From Rhizodiscina lignyota (taxonomy: Eukaryota), in NCBI GenBank assembly GCA_010015805.1, contig ML978127.1, forward strand, positions 1,178,001 through 1,242,000: DNA of 64,000 nt. Direction: 5' to 3'. The notes below the pieces were generated by a model. The model was not told the origin of the DNA and did not search any database. It saw nothing but the letters and a program-made list of their open reading frames with translations. The number at the start of each line of letters is the position of its first letter. Position 1 is the first letter of the stretch. The position numbers and the translations under genes were made by a program. This document shows, one piece after another, positions 24,609 through 37,161 of the stretch.

Positions 24609-27600
24609 ATGGAGCAGCATGCTCGGCCGCCAACGCGAAGGAGGCCCTTCAACGACGCGTCCTCGCGTGCCAATGCGAGCCACCCATCTGCACAGAACGT
24701 AAAACCGACCGCAACTGCTTCTCCAATGCGCCACGTGCCGCACAACGAGTCGTTCGTCGGCAACGGCACTCTCGCCGTTCGATACGATGGCTCGCCGCAA
24801 TCACCAGCCGTGGAAAACAAACGCCTGTCCACGCTGTCAAAGGAAGAGCAGCCGAATTCAAAGCGCAACTCTGCCATATCCAATGCCTCCACCAATGCGT
24901 CTGTCCCCAACAATCGCAGGCGCAAAACACACATCGGCCCGTGGCACCTCGGCCGGACGATTGGCAAGGGCGGCGGCTCGCGCGTCAGGGAGGTGAGGCA
25001 CTTTGTCACGGGACAGAAAGGGGCTGCGAAGATCATCTCGAAGCAAGTTGCGGAGAATGCGCGTGCCATCAGCATGGCGAACTTGGTCGAGCAGGCGCGC
25101 AACGACCCGACGTTGACGGGTGGGAAGTTCATGCCCTTTGGATTGGAGCGCGAGATTGTCATCATGAAACTGTTGGATCATAAGAACATTGTGAAGCTAT
25201 ATGACGTTTGGGAGAATCGCAATGAGCTGTGAGTTTTCAGTTCTGTCTTGCTCGTTTCGATGACCTGGGCTTACGTTTTCAAACAGATACCTCATCATGG
25301 AGTATGTCGAAGGCGGAGAACTGTTCGACTTTATCCAGAATTACCCGAAGCTCGAGGAGAGATACGTCGTCTACTTGTTCCGCCAGATCATCGCGGCGCT
25401 CCTCTACTGTCACCGCATCAAAATCTACCACCGCGACCTCAAGCCGGAGAATATCCTGATCGATAAGGACACCATGGAGGTCAAGCTCGTCGACTTTGGC
25501 ATGGCAGCGCTGCAGCCCCAAGGCAGATATCTGACCACCCCGTGTGGTAGCCCGCACTATGCGGCTCCAGATATCCTCTCGTTTAAGCAATACGATGGCG
25601 GCAAGGCCGATGTCTGGAGCTGCGGCGTCATCCTCTACGTTATGCTTACCGGCATGCCTCCTTTCAACTTTCCGCCAGACCCCAAGGGCAGTATGAGCGA
25701 GGATATGAAGCTGCGTGCCCTCTTCTCCCAGATCAAGAGGGCGGAGTACATAATGCCAAAGTACATAAGCGACGAGGCCAAGGATCTAATCTATCGGATT
25801 TTCCAAGTCGACCCCAAGCGCCGCATCGATATTGAGGAGATTTGGAACCATCCTTTCTTGCACATGTACGACCAGGAGTTTGGCTTGGATCCGCGCTTGG
25901 TGTCTTGGATTGGACCGCGTCCGAAGGTTGAGGGTTGGCAGGCTTTAAGAAAGCATGATATCGACAGGGAGTTATTGCGGAACATGAGGACTCTATGGCA
26001 TAGTGAGAAGGAAGAAGTGCTTGTTGAGAAGCTCTTGAGTGACGAGTGAGTGCCTATGGTTTCCGCATACGGTGGATTTGACCTTGCTAACTTACGACAG
26101 GAAAAACCATGAGAAGTACTTTTACAGCGCCCTGCTTAAGCATCGAGAAGAGCACCTCGAAAACTACGCCGGCAATGGTATCGAATACTCTGCCAGCGAC
26201 TACCAGCACATAAGAGCCCCCATCGACCCGAGCGAGATGCCTCCATTGCCAGTTCGTTCAAAGTCGCAGTATTCCATCTTGAACAACGAGCACCTACACT
26301 CTGCGCATAGCTTCTTCGAAGGCCCCCAATCAGACGCCAGTTATGATCCGTTCAGAGCATCTCGGGATGCGGTAATCAAGTCTAACAAGGGTTATATGAA
26401 CGTTACAGTTCACCGTGGCGCATCGCAGGGAAGCCGAGCGTTGAGACCCTCCAGCGGAGCCTTGAAACCACCGAGCGTCCAACATGCCCAGAGATCCTCA
26501 CTCCGCGTTGAGGCACTTAAACGAGGCAGTCAGCGCAGCTCTCGCATATCGAATTCTTCGACCTCGCTCAAGAGGGGCTCATCAGCTCATAGGCTTTCCC
26601 CAGCACGACAGTCAATATCACGCTCGTCGCTGGCAAGTTCGAACTGGGCTAGCAGCCCTCCTGCTAGGGCTATCAAGCCGAATACACTTCATAAACGTGC
26701 AGTGAACTTCTCTCACCTTCGCAGGAGTTCAACAGCAAGCGCACTTACGACGCACTCCCGCAATAACTCCCAACTGGCTGAAAGCGTGCCGGAGATGCCA
26801 TCACTGCAGAAGCGACCATTGAGCGGCACGTCCGTAAGCCTGGCAGGATTAGCATCCAGTCCGCCCATGAAGCCTCAGATCGCCATTCGGTCTCGCAAGG
26901 AGAACCTTCCTGAAGCCCCGGCCCAGCTTCGCATCCGCAAGGCTAAAGATCCAATCAAAGACGTCGACAGGGCTGCACGCAAAGTCAGCGCAGAGCTCGA
27001 AAAGGCCTGCGAGGAGGCGTTCTTCCGCTCTTCTTGGGCCTCTAGCAATCGCTCCTCCGCTACCGACAAGCAGATTGGGTTCCTTGATACTCCACCATCC
27101 TCTATCGCTCCGCACTCTCCGGCGAGAATCAACAAGGCTGCCTCCCTGGATCGGAGCGAGATCACCGATCGCCCACTGCCGCCGCTTCCTCTTTCAGCGG
27201 AGACGCCGAAGACCCTTACAGCGCGAGAGCTCGAAGAGACCAGGAGCCGCATCGCAGCACGATTCGCCGAGGCAAACGGTGACAATGCGGACTACTTCAA
27301 GGATGTCCTCTCACATTTGGACACCTTGACAGCTGCAATGAAGTCTGAAGGTGGAAAGCGTGCTGTATCAGCTCCGCAGCCGACGCCAAAGAACATAGAT
27401 GACTTGAATTATCTGCCAGTCATATCTGAAGAAGGACGTTTCGCAGATGCAGAAGAGCCCGAGCAGCAGGCGGCTTCGACGAGGAACTGGACGGCACATA
27501 GAGCGTTCACGGAACCGATAGCCCTGAGAGCCAGGCAGAGGATGCAAGATCGCGAAGAAGAATTTGACAAGACGATTCGCCTTGTGGATGCGAGCTCGCC

Positions 27601-28913
27601 GACTCCTATTGCGCCGCTCAACATTCGCAAAGTCAGCGGCGCTAGTTCAGTCGTCAAGTCTGCTCCGGCTCGGTCTATGCATTCAGACAAGGGTACGAAC
27701 CGCGCAAGACGCAGATTCTATCGTGATCTTACCATCTACACTGACCAAGACTCAGAAATGACTTCCTCGCCGGGAAAACAGGTGGTCACTCCCACCATCG
27801 CCACTACTGCTCCGGTTGATACCACGACGGTCGAGGACGAGCCGCCAAAGGCGAAGAAGCGTGGCTGGTTCAGACGCATCACGTCTGACTCGAAAGAGCC
27901 TGACTACATCGATCGTCCCTCGTCTGCCGCAAGCAATCGCGCCCTGAAGGGGAAGAAGTCGAAGCTGCAGCTCTCTCCACTATCGGACGAGTTCGACGTG
28001 GAAGAAAAGCTCGACACCTACACCAGGCCGCCAACGCGCCACGAACCGAACTCGTCGGTGGCTAGGACGAGCGAGAGTAGCGAGTTCCCGATGCGTATAG
28101 CAACAAGCGACAAGTATGACTCTCCTGCGCCGTCCAAGGGCGAGGAGGGCGTGCGCAGGGGACTGTGGAAGCTGTTCAGCAAGCGGAAGAGCGAGAAGGA
28201 CAAGGAGAAGGACAAGGAGAAGGAGCGCAAGAAGGAGGAGCAGAGGATGAATCGCGGACTGAGACTTGGCTGTGAGTTCCCCTTGACCTGCTTTCACGAG
28301 GATCGGCTCGTTAACATCCTCCTCACCAGCGCCGGCCGACTTCTCGTCCTCGTCGCTGGGCACGTACGACGTCCCGTCCAGCTCGCTCGCCACCTCCTCG
28401 CGCGCCACGCCCGTCGAGAACCAGCAGTCCAACTGGCTTGCGCGCTTCCTGCACATCAAGCCCGCGAGCCGCACGATGTGCTTCCAGGTCGGCCGCGGCC
28501 GCGTGCGCCAGGAGCTCGTGCGCATGCTGCGCGACTGGAAGCGCTTCGGCGTGCGCGACGTCACGTTCGACCGCGTCACGAACGTGGTGAACTGGAGGAT
28601 TGACAAGAGCAACCGTGAGTGGCACCCCTTCTTTCTTATTTCTGTCTTCGCGAGGGTGGGCGCATAAATTTGAGATGCTGATCCAGTCGTTCAAGATCTT
28701 AAAATCAAGCCCGTGTCTGTTGTCGCGGAGCTCTTCGTCGTGCTCGAGCATGGTCGCCGCGCGCAGCTTACGCTGGTGCGCTTCACGCAGACGCGCGGCG
28801 CCGCGTCGAGTTTCCGCCGGGTCGTCGAGGTGATTGCGGACGTAATGGAGGCCAAAGGGCTGCTGTGCGAGGACGAGGAGAGGAAGACTGCCATGGAGGA
28901 GATCTTGGCATGA
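24609..28913 (+). CDS. GIN4: Gin4/Hsl1/Kcc4 (Nim1-like, septin-associated) Ser/Thr kinase; introns 25229-25286, 26046-26100, probably 27693-27755, 28272-28329, 28615-28695
   Basis: KTHIGPWHLGRTIGKG, EREIVIMKLLDH, HRDLKPEN, DFG, TPCGSPHYAAP, DVWSCGVILY. The C-terminal KA1-like domain is NWLARFLHIKPA..RDWKRFGVRDV..VAELFVVLEHG..VRFTQTRGAASSF. All splices keep frame. Confidence 0.88.
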
Positions 28914-29867
28914 GCGAGCGTGTCTAATTCCGACGAGTGGATTGGGGGACTGCTAGGTTCCTTTGTAGTAAATACGGAAAAAAAGGGTGATTTGGATCGG
29001 GATTGCCTGGATAATGTAACAGGGGGTTTGGAATGGTTTTTGGGTTTTGAAAAGGGCAGTAACAGGAGTCATTCAGGATACAGCGTGATATGCCGCACGA
29101 TCGAAGTATGGGTATGTGCTTTTGCATCCTCTTTTCGCTACGCACGACGGGCGAGCATATTCGGCATTGCCTTCTTCTTCCCCCTAATCATTTTGGCCGC
29201 TTTCTCGAATCCAGATCGGCTTCTGTGGACGTAGTAGATCGTACAAGAATGCAAAGAAAAGGTCGTTACATTAGTCTCTCGGTACCTGATGTTCGGTTCC
29301 GGCTCCCCAATGACCCATCTTCCAAGGACATTTCATATCGTTTCTTGTTGCTCCCTCTGTCATTACACCTCTCTCTCTCCCTCTCGTCGACTCTTCAATA
29401 CGAAAAACCCCGTTTCCAACGAGCGAACAGTCTACAGAGCCGCGCAAGTGGGTGACAAAATAGTTGAGTCGTGGCTGCAATATATAGAACTGCGAGGATG
29501 TATATCCTCGATAGCTAACGTATGTCATACACGCTGAAGCCGCGTGTTTTAGATAAACGAACTCCAGTATATAGTTTATCGACCTTTCAAAGTTACTCTC
29601 GCCAGCGTCGAAGTGGAAACCTCGCTTCTGCTGAACACGTTCAAACCGCATAGGACTCAGCTATTTGGCCACCCTCATGCCACTCCATTAGTCGCCTTCA
29701 GCACTTCCAAAAAGCCTCCGCATATTCGCGAGTTTACATTCGAGGTTAGGGAGTAGCTTGCCAGCCCTGCCTCAGAAGACTTGCTTCTCGTTGCCACGGA
29801 AGAGAGACACCGCTGCAGGTCTCGCAGGCTCACGAGAAAACTCCCTCCTTCGTATGTGTAGAATCAT

Positions 29868-30314
29868 CTACGCTTTCTGCGCCTGCTCCAACAGCACAAC
29901 ATGTTGCTTAGGATGTGACCCGTCCACATTCGCCTTGGCCATCCTCTTCATGATCATGTTCGCATCGATATCCACCTCCTCCTTCAACAGCATCTTCCCG
30001 TCCTCCTCCTCGACCACGCGCCACTTGCCCGCGATCGTGAGCGTGCCGACGGGCGGCTTCGCGTTGACCAGCGTGTCGATGCCGTCTGCCACGTTCGTGA
30101 GCGTCAGCTTGTACGTCGTTTGGCCGATCGGCTTCTTGTCGGTGACGGAGTAGACGGCGGGGACGTCGATCTCTTCCGAGCCGGACTCGAGGGCGTGCGA
30201 GATTAGCGCTGGGCACAGCGTTTTGACCATCTGTTCGTGGTTGTGGAGGGCGGCGAGGACGGCGTCTTTGGAGAGGCCCGCCGGAACGGGGGTGGAGACG
30301 GTGGTGGTAACCAT
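29868..30314 (-). CDS. Conserved fungal hypothetical protein (148 aa), possibly SRPBCC/START-like fold
   Basis: Single-exon ORF with strong GC3 bias and protein-like composition (LAALHNH..GIDTLVNAKPP..GKWRV..LKEEVDIDAN). The fold assignment is inference. Confidence 0.72.
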   Translation of the reverse strand: MVTTTVSTPVPAGLSKDAVLAALHNHEQMVKTLCPALISHALESGSEEIDVPAVYSVTDKKPIGQTTYKLTLTNVADGIDTLVNAKPPVGTLTIAGKWRVVEEEDGKMLLKEEVDIDANMIMKRMAKANVDGSHPKQHVVLLEQAQKA

Positions 30315-32122
30315 TCTGTGTGAGTATGCGATTACAGAACTTGAGATTGGGCGTTGAGAGGAGAAGTCGTGGTTTCACAACAGACAAGATTACGGCGGGT
30401 GACGGATACGACTGGAGACGTATGGAGATCAAGGGGCTCGTCCGAGTTGTGAGTTCCCAGCCTACCTTTATACTTCTATCAACAGAACGCGTCACCTACA
30501 CATGCAGGAGATATAGCACAAGTCAACCGTCAATGACCGAGTCGCCGACGGCTCCCCAATTCCACAACGAGTGCATATCGTAGCGTCGAACACATTATCG
30601 ACGGTGCCGTAGAGGGACGACTGATTGGCAATGCAGCTGCGGCAACATGCATCGCAACTAGGCAACAGGAGTCCAGCTTGGACTTGGAAGCCATGCTGGC
30701 TCCACTCGGAGGGCGAGAGGGGTTCGTTTTGGCTTTCTTCACCCTTTGCTCTGCTCTAAAGGCTTCTTGCAGCTGCGGTTGGTTGTGCTCTGGACGATGA
30801 TCTGCACTGCCGGACTTTCCTGTGGAGAAGTCCGTGATATGCACAGGACGGTCAACCGCATGGAAATCCTCCGATAACGACATAGTGATGCTGAGAAGGT
30901 CTTGCTGTGGATGCTACAAAAGAAAAATGTGATTGATCTAGTCTCGGCGCATATCTCATTTGAGGTGGAAAGTGATTTGGAGAAAAGCCTCAGATTCTCG
31001 GATGTATCGTTGGCATGATCCGCGCTCATTGGTCAGGTACATAACCTTGACCATTCGGCCTTCGGACTATCTACGGTGTTTCTGCGGCTTCATCTTCAAC
31101 CTCTTTCTTATCAACCAGCATCAAGGCCGGAGCCTTCATCTCAGCTCAAAATCAGTACAGAGAGATAAGTAACCGTAAAGCTCATTAGCTGACATGACCT
31201 CTTGAAATCATAGTTGATTTTGAGATTGTCTTTCCCTAGACCCTTCCCAGTCCGTCAATTGTTCCAGCTTTTCTGACGCTCTTTTCTGCTCGGCGTCTTT
31301 TCTCAGATTACATCCGCTGATATAAAGGCTTTCTGTGTATGAACGAAGCACTTGTTGCTAATCAAAGCCTCTATAAAGCTTCATCAGTGGAGTTTGATGG
31401 AGGAAACGGTAGGTAACCTTACTTAACGGTAACTCTCCTCCATTCTTGGAGTGAGGCTAGGTTCTAGCACGAGATCTGCCTGAAGTCTCCATTGCCTTGC
31501 TGTCTAGTATATGGGCACTGTGTTACTGTTCAATGCGACACATTGAGTGATAATTTGCGAATCCTGAGCATATTTATAGAAGGTGAGTTTCAAACACTAA
31601 CTTTGCCGCTTTTAGCAACTAAATTGATGAGTAGATACTGCCGATCTTCAATTCTGTTTCTCAATTCTGTTGACCTAGCTGCTTATCCCGGCTATTCTAA
31701 CAATTCTGCGTGAGCGAGCGCTCCCTAATGCGGCAGTCTTTCAGCTCAACTCATTACTTGCACTCGAAGCTCGATGCTCGCTAAGTGTATCCAGCGCTAC
31801 TGATATTTCCGAACGTGTGTTAGCTGGATGTTTCTACATCAAAACACCGACATGTTTGATACATCAATGATCCATGGTCTCATCACAAGTGACAAATGCA
31901 ACACATGCATAACACAACGTATGCCATGAACACTCAGAGTGTCGGGAGGTGTTAGCTGGTGCTTGCTGTTGTATATATTCCATTTCGCCACAGAGAGATT
32001 CCTTCTTCAATCAATGCTTTTCAATCCTGATTCCCGATTGACACAGAGAATATAGCAGCGATAAAAACCATAAACGCGCAGTATTTACTCAAACGATTAC
32101 GAGACACACTCAAGCCTCCAGC

Positions 32123-33171
32123 ATGTCACCGCCTCACTCAGGCACGCAATATCTCACTAGCACTTTACCACTAAAGGTCAGCCTACAAGATCTACCCCCG
32201 GAGCTTCTCGAATTGATCTTCCTCCATGTGGGCGCTCTCAGTATCTTACAGCTGGTTAAGCTCCGGGCGGTGTCGCAACACTGGCACGACATAATACAGT
32301 ACTCACCAACGCTCCAGCGACAGCTGTTCCTGCAGACTGATGGGCGAGAGAAGAGTGGTTCGATGTTGACGCTGCACGTATCTGGACAAACGCTATTGTC
32401 GCCCGCCTCGCAGCCTGTCAATTCTCCAGGACCAAGCAACAACCAGACCTCCATTCTATTCAACCCTCTTCTCCAGCATTTCGGTCGGGTCGAGAACGTC
32501 AACGGCCAAGACAGCAGCTCGTATCCGTTATGTATCCATGTTGATCGTAAGCGCTGGAAGGCCTTCGTACGACACCGAACGTCGAGCGAACGAAGGAAAA
32601 TGTTGATAACACAACCTCCCATCACAACACCTTTGTACGTCACGGCGATTGGGCCTTCAAGGTGACGAGAAATTTGGAGAACCCGCAAGGACTCACCATC
32701 GGGGATCTTGATGATTGTCTGGAGAAGATGACACAAACCAACGAGGACGACGACGAAATGTTTTTGGTTGTGCCCGGAAGACATATGCTTGCTTTTCAAG
32801 CGTACTGGATGATATTTGTCTTCTTGAATACGATATTCGCGATCAATGATCTCTTCAGGAAGGTCCGTTCTCATTTCGTAATACGGTTGATTGTTCATGC
32901 TAACTGAGACCAGGGCTCCATATCCTCTTTGTTCAGGATCTTGTCGCTCTACCGGCACGCTTCTTCTCCGATGGGGCATTGCGGCCTCGGTGTGAGCGGC
33001 ATGACGATGGGAGCAACAGTATTCCGTGGCAATACCACCATCCCAGACGACCTCCGAAGTCTGTTGAGAGGCTGGTGTTCTTCACAGTCGCTGTTTGCTG
33101 TCTATCCTCTACATCTCTTAGCATGCTATCTAATAATCTTCTACACCTGGGTTCAGGTACCAAAGACCTGA
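32123..33171 (+). pseudogene. F-box protein paralogous to copy A, frameshifted near 32635-32660 (copy C)
   Basis: F-box LQDLPPELLELIFLHV..LRAVSQHWHDIIQYSPTLQRQLFL. It shares SYPxxIHVD and MLITQPPI with copy A. The stop at 32663-65 cuts off GLTIGDL, which lies in the -1 frame (copy A has GITLGDL). A phase-0 intron 32863-32913 (GTCCGT..GCTAAC..CAG) joins ORF 32929-33171. Confidence 0.7.
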
Positions 33172-33651
33172 TTGTAGTAACATGGCGACTAGGGGGACAC
33201 AATGACTTGGCAGAGTTGGAAGGCACGTTATCAAACGGGTGACGTAAAAGTTGAGTTGTGGCTACAATATAGCTCACAGCGAGAATACACACGCCCGTTA
33301 GTTAACACAAGCCATAGACGCTAAAGCCGCGAATTTCAGATAAATAATATGTGACGTATATCTAGCTGAGCTTTCAGATATGTGCTCATCCGCGTAGAAG
33401 AACAAAGCTAGTTTTTACTACTAGCGTTCGGCCGATCAGGCTCAACTGTTTTCTCGCCCTCGTAGTTATGCGCTTGACAATAGAGATATTGATGTAGCGG
33501 GCACGGGTATGGCGAGTCTGCACTGCGTAACTGTTTGTATCCATATCTTGCTCCGTGTTATTAATACAAGAAGCGCGAACGTTCATTGAGCCCAAAATGC
33601 CATTGTGGCTTGTCTCATCAGATGTGCAGCACCACTTCAAAGAAGCTCAAA

Positions 33652-35441
33652 CTAGTGTGATTTCTCGAACGCTGTGCCGTCCAAAATTCCTTCGAATACG
33701 GAAATTATGAAACTCTTTTGTACATGTCCAGATCCTGGAGCCTGGGCGGGAATATGGAAGTCTCCAATTCCACCAACATATCCCCGCATGATACCGACGC
33801 GGTGGTATGTCGAATCGGCTCCGTCGATCGATTCGACGAGTAATAATAAGCCCACTCCCGAATCACAAGCATGGCCGAGTAGAATAGCAGCACTGCTCCA
33901 CGGCTCAAGGTGCCGATCCGCGCTTGTAGGATCACCGAATGGAAGAGAGTACCGATCCTGGTTTATAGATCATCGAAGTGAAGATTGTAAAACCCCATAC
34001 TCTAGTGGCTGCCTGTGCTAGGCACGCTTAGATCAGACTTAAGGTGATTGAGTTGTTTAATTTCCAATCTTTGTATTGGTGCTTGGACTTTGATGGATGC
34101 AAAATCGATCTGACCATGGATATCGGCGTACCGGAGGTGAACGCCTGCAGCCGCGAGTGTGAATAAACCGACTTTACAATCGGGTTCGCGACATTCTACG
34201 CAGGCCCCAAATCCGACTTTGCCTGGGCATGAAATCCACGACCAAGAAGGTGTGCCCTTCCTCGCCGGAAGCCCAAGACGCGCGTGCCCGTACGAGGCGG
34301 AACACCACGAAAGCCCGTAGATTAAACTACTTCTCCACAACCCGGCAAGGTACTGATCATCATTATGCTGATCGAAGTACTTACAAAGCCCTGACAGGGC
34401 AGCTAATCTGTCGTCCTCGTGGGATAACGTCATTCCTGAATAATGCTCAATGATGCTGTACCACTGAGCATGATGTACGTTTGGCTTGCGAGTCTGTGAA
34501 GAAGATGGCGTCTCCAAGTCCTGGAATGCGATAGGCGTTATTGTTTCCTGATCGTAAGTGCCACCATCATGGGTTTTAAAGTCGTGTTCACATTGCCAGT
34601 AGACAGTCGTCTCTGTGAACCAGAGGATACGGGACGAAAATGCGACCTCTTGCGCCACCCAACCACGCCTTAACAAATTACAAAATTTGACTTCCGTCCG
34701 TACCCTCACCATCCGGTCTAAAATGCTGAAATCAGCTCCTTCCCAGAGGTCCCCGCCAAAGAACATAGCAGTTACTTTGTCCGCGAAGGAGCTCTCTATC
34801 AAGCGATATCCGCATCGCCACTGGGCTCGGGGCAAACAACCATCGTTGTTGTTTAAAGCCCACGTGTCCGCAATCGTGACAAGAGCATTGTTGTAGTAAA
34901 TTCCAATACGAGCCGATTCGTCTTGCCAGTCGGGAGACTGTCCATGTGGAGATTGTTGTATACACAATGCATCAACCTAGATGCACTGTATACCTATCCT
35001 CCTGCAGATCTGTATAGAATCTCCAATGCTGCGTGGAAGAGATGCAAATGGAATGGCGCAGAGGTAGTCTGTTTCGTTGTCTTCACGAAGAACAAAATTC
35101 CTATCGCAGTTCTGACCCCAACAGTAGCTCAACGTTGCATAGCCTGGGTAGCGGGCGGATTGAGTGGATTGCAACAACTCCGACAAGTCCCGATATTTTA
35201 CCAGACGAGGCTCTTGAGGGGGTTCGAATGAACCAACATCGACAAGACGAGTGGGAACGATTGATGACTGTGATTCTGGAAGAATAGATTTCGAGCAGCG
35301 TGGATGCCTTCCAAAGCAGTCATCAAGCCACTCTTGGATAAGTACGAACATACAATGGTATCGATCTTTTGATCTACCGCGGGGTTTGCAGAGTCGAGGG
35401 TGTCGTCTATGGACGACACAATTCCTGACACCTTTTGCCAT
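33652..35441 (-). pseudogene. HET-domain (heterokaryon incompatibility) protein, disrupted
   Basis: PTRLVDVG, YATLSYCWG, LPRSIGDSIQICRRIGIQCI*VDALCIQQ, DWQDESARIGIYYNNALVTIA, RRGWVAQE, WYSIIEHYS..DRLAALSG, YLAGLW, PSWSWIS. In-frame TAG at 34977-79 (in place of the conserved Trp) and at 34002-04. A frameshift near 33963 precedes the C-terminal GLLLLVES..YHRVG. Confidence 0.85.
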
Positions 35442-36074
35442 TATTCAAAAGGCGGTGCAAAGTTAGTTGGAGTGCGACATTGCGGAAATTGATGGAACGA
35501 GCAAGGCTGAGGTTCAAGGGAGATTACTCTATGGGCAAGGGAATGCGCTAAACCGTGATAGGAGGACCACATACGCCGTAACCTAAGAAGAATTTCCCAT
35601 TACTACTAAAAAAAAAGGAATGCGCGTATGCACCTCACATCTTTAGAGAAACTTCCTTTGGTCTTTTTGCTTATGTGGCTCGAATTGATCCCGCATTCCG
35701 AAGCACGGGGCGCTATTTAAGGACATGGTAACAGAAGCAATGCGCATGTGGAGTGAGTGCAATGATTCGAATGGATTTAGCAGGTCTCAATGTACACAGA
35801 TGATTCAAAGCATGATCAGTAGAATTTTGACTCATTCTTCAATTTTACGTTTCATTATCCGAGTCTTAAATCTTCGAGGCATTAGAGCCTCTGGGAGAAT
35901 AGCGCACGTCAGCATTGGCTCCTGAAGAGACAAGAAAAGATCATAATGCAGCAAACCAAAAGATCATCTCGAAATACGAGCCCAATTCCCGCTCATGGAA
36001 CCAATCTGAATTGTTCGGGCCACTGGAGAAGAAGCATGCGTACCGCAATGTGCCGCCTCGGGGACGAAGGGCAC

Positions 36075-37161
36075 TTACAGATGTGCGTGGAAGAAGTCGA
36101 GCAGGTGTTTGTAGCCACGCTCATATTCCTTCTTGACTTTCGGGTCTTCGAGGTCGGAGCTGTAGAGCCATCAGCAACCCATCGGCAAATAGACTGCAAC
36201 CATATAGACACTTACCGTGCCGCCATGAAGCCGTGCACCTGATCCGGGAACCACTCTACAGAGTGCGGGACCTTGAGATTCTGCTCGAACTTGGCGATAG
36301 CATCCTTGTCCTCATCCATACTGGGCAGCACAACGAGCGGGATCGTAATCTTCTCCGCATCAGCTGGATCAACCATGGCTGGGTGAACACCAGCGGCCGC
36401 CTTGAAGACTGTGCCCTCCATGCTGCTCAGCTTAATGATCTTCGCGCCCCAGCAGTAGCCAACGATGCCCCAGTCGCTGATGCCCTTGGCTGCGCCACCT
36501 TTTAATTCCTCAACGACCTTTGGGATGCGAGGAAGGGTCTTTGGAGGCGCTGCTAGCGTCTGGAAGAACTCGCCGAGCTTCTTGCCCTTCTCTTCATTGT
36601 CGGGTGGGTACCAGGAAATGTCGGCCGGTGACCCCTCGAAGAAGTCGGGCATGAACACCTTGTATGGCTGCTCGTGGTCGCCATAGGCCATGATATCGGC
36701 GCCCTGAAGGGTCTGATGGAAGAAACCAAAGATGTCATAAACGACGAGGATGGCCTTCTTAGCATCAGCAGGGCCAGTTACGTCTGGAAGGAATTGATTA
36801 GTTGACAGCTGCTATTGCGAAGCGTGCTTTATGCGGGGACGACGCGATCACAACAATTTGAAATAAAATATCTGCAAAACTTACAGGTCTTCATGCCATC
36901 AACGGTGATCCATTCGCCCTTCTCCTTATAGCCCTTGCTGACGACGGGTGGGACGGTGCAGCACGCATTCGAATGCAGCGGGGAGATTTTAGACATTTTG
37001 GACTGATGGCGGACTTGTTGCTGGCTGCGGGGGGCTTTTTGAGGGGTAGAGCCAGAAGATTTGGAGTTTGCAGCAGCGATTGAGGTGCGCTTTGTAGTTC
37101 TCGAGAAGATTGATCGCGGCTTTGAAGTTTTGCGCAGCAGTTGAGAAAAATTGGAGCGCAT
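36075..37161 (-). CDS. Dienelactone hydrolase family alpha/beta hydrolase (exons 37161-36885, 36783-36216, 36159-36075; second AUG at 36996)
   Basis: SNACCTVPPVV, YVTGP..AILVVYDIFG, MPDFF, nucleophile elbow GYCWG, HPAMVD, SMDE, VHGFMAAR. Introns are canonical and in frame. Confidence 0.92.

Noticed and set aside
24960..25575. Kinase motif deviations (GKGGGSRV glycine loop, APD instead of APE) suggesting a pseudokinase
   Set aside because: The catalytic Lys, HRD and DFG are intact and the changes are conservative.
30530..31400. Short ORFs and an intron-like GTAACC..GCTGAC..TAG (31169-31213)
   Set aside because: I could not assemble a coherent coding frame or recognise a domain. It may be a decayed gene, but that is unsupported.
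32635..32665. Programmed -1 ribosomal frameshifting in the F-box copies
   Set aside because: No X XXY YYZ slippery site at either break, and the breaks fall at different positions in copies A and C.
32134..32979. 281-aa minus-strand ORF
   Set aside because: Antisense shadow of F-box copy C; the recognisable motifs and the intron are on the + strand.
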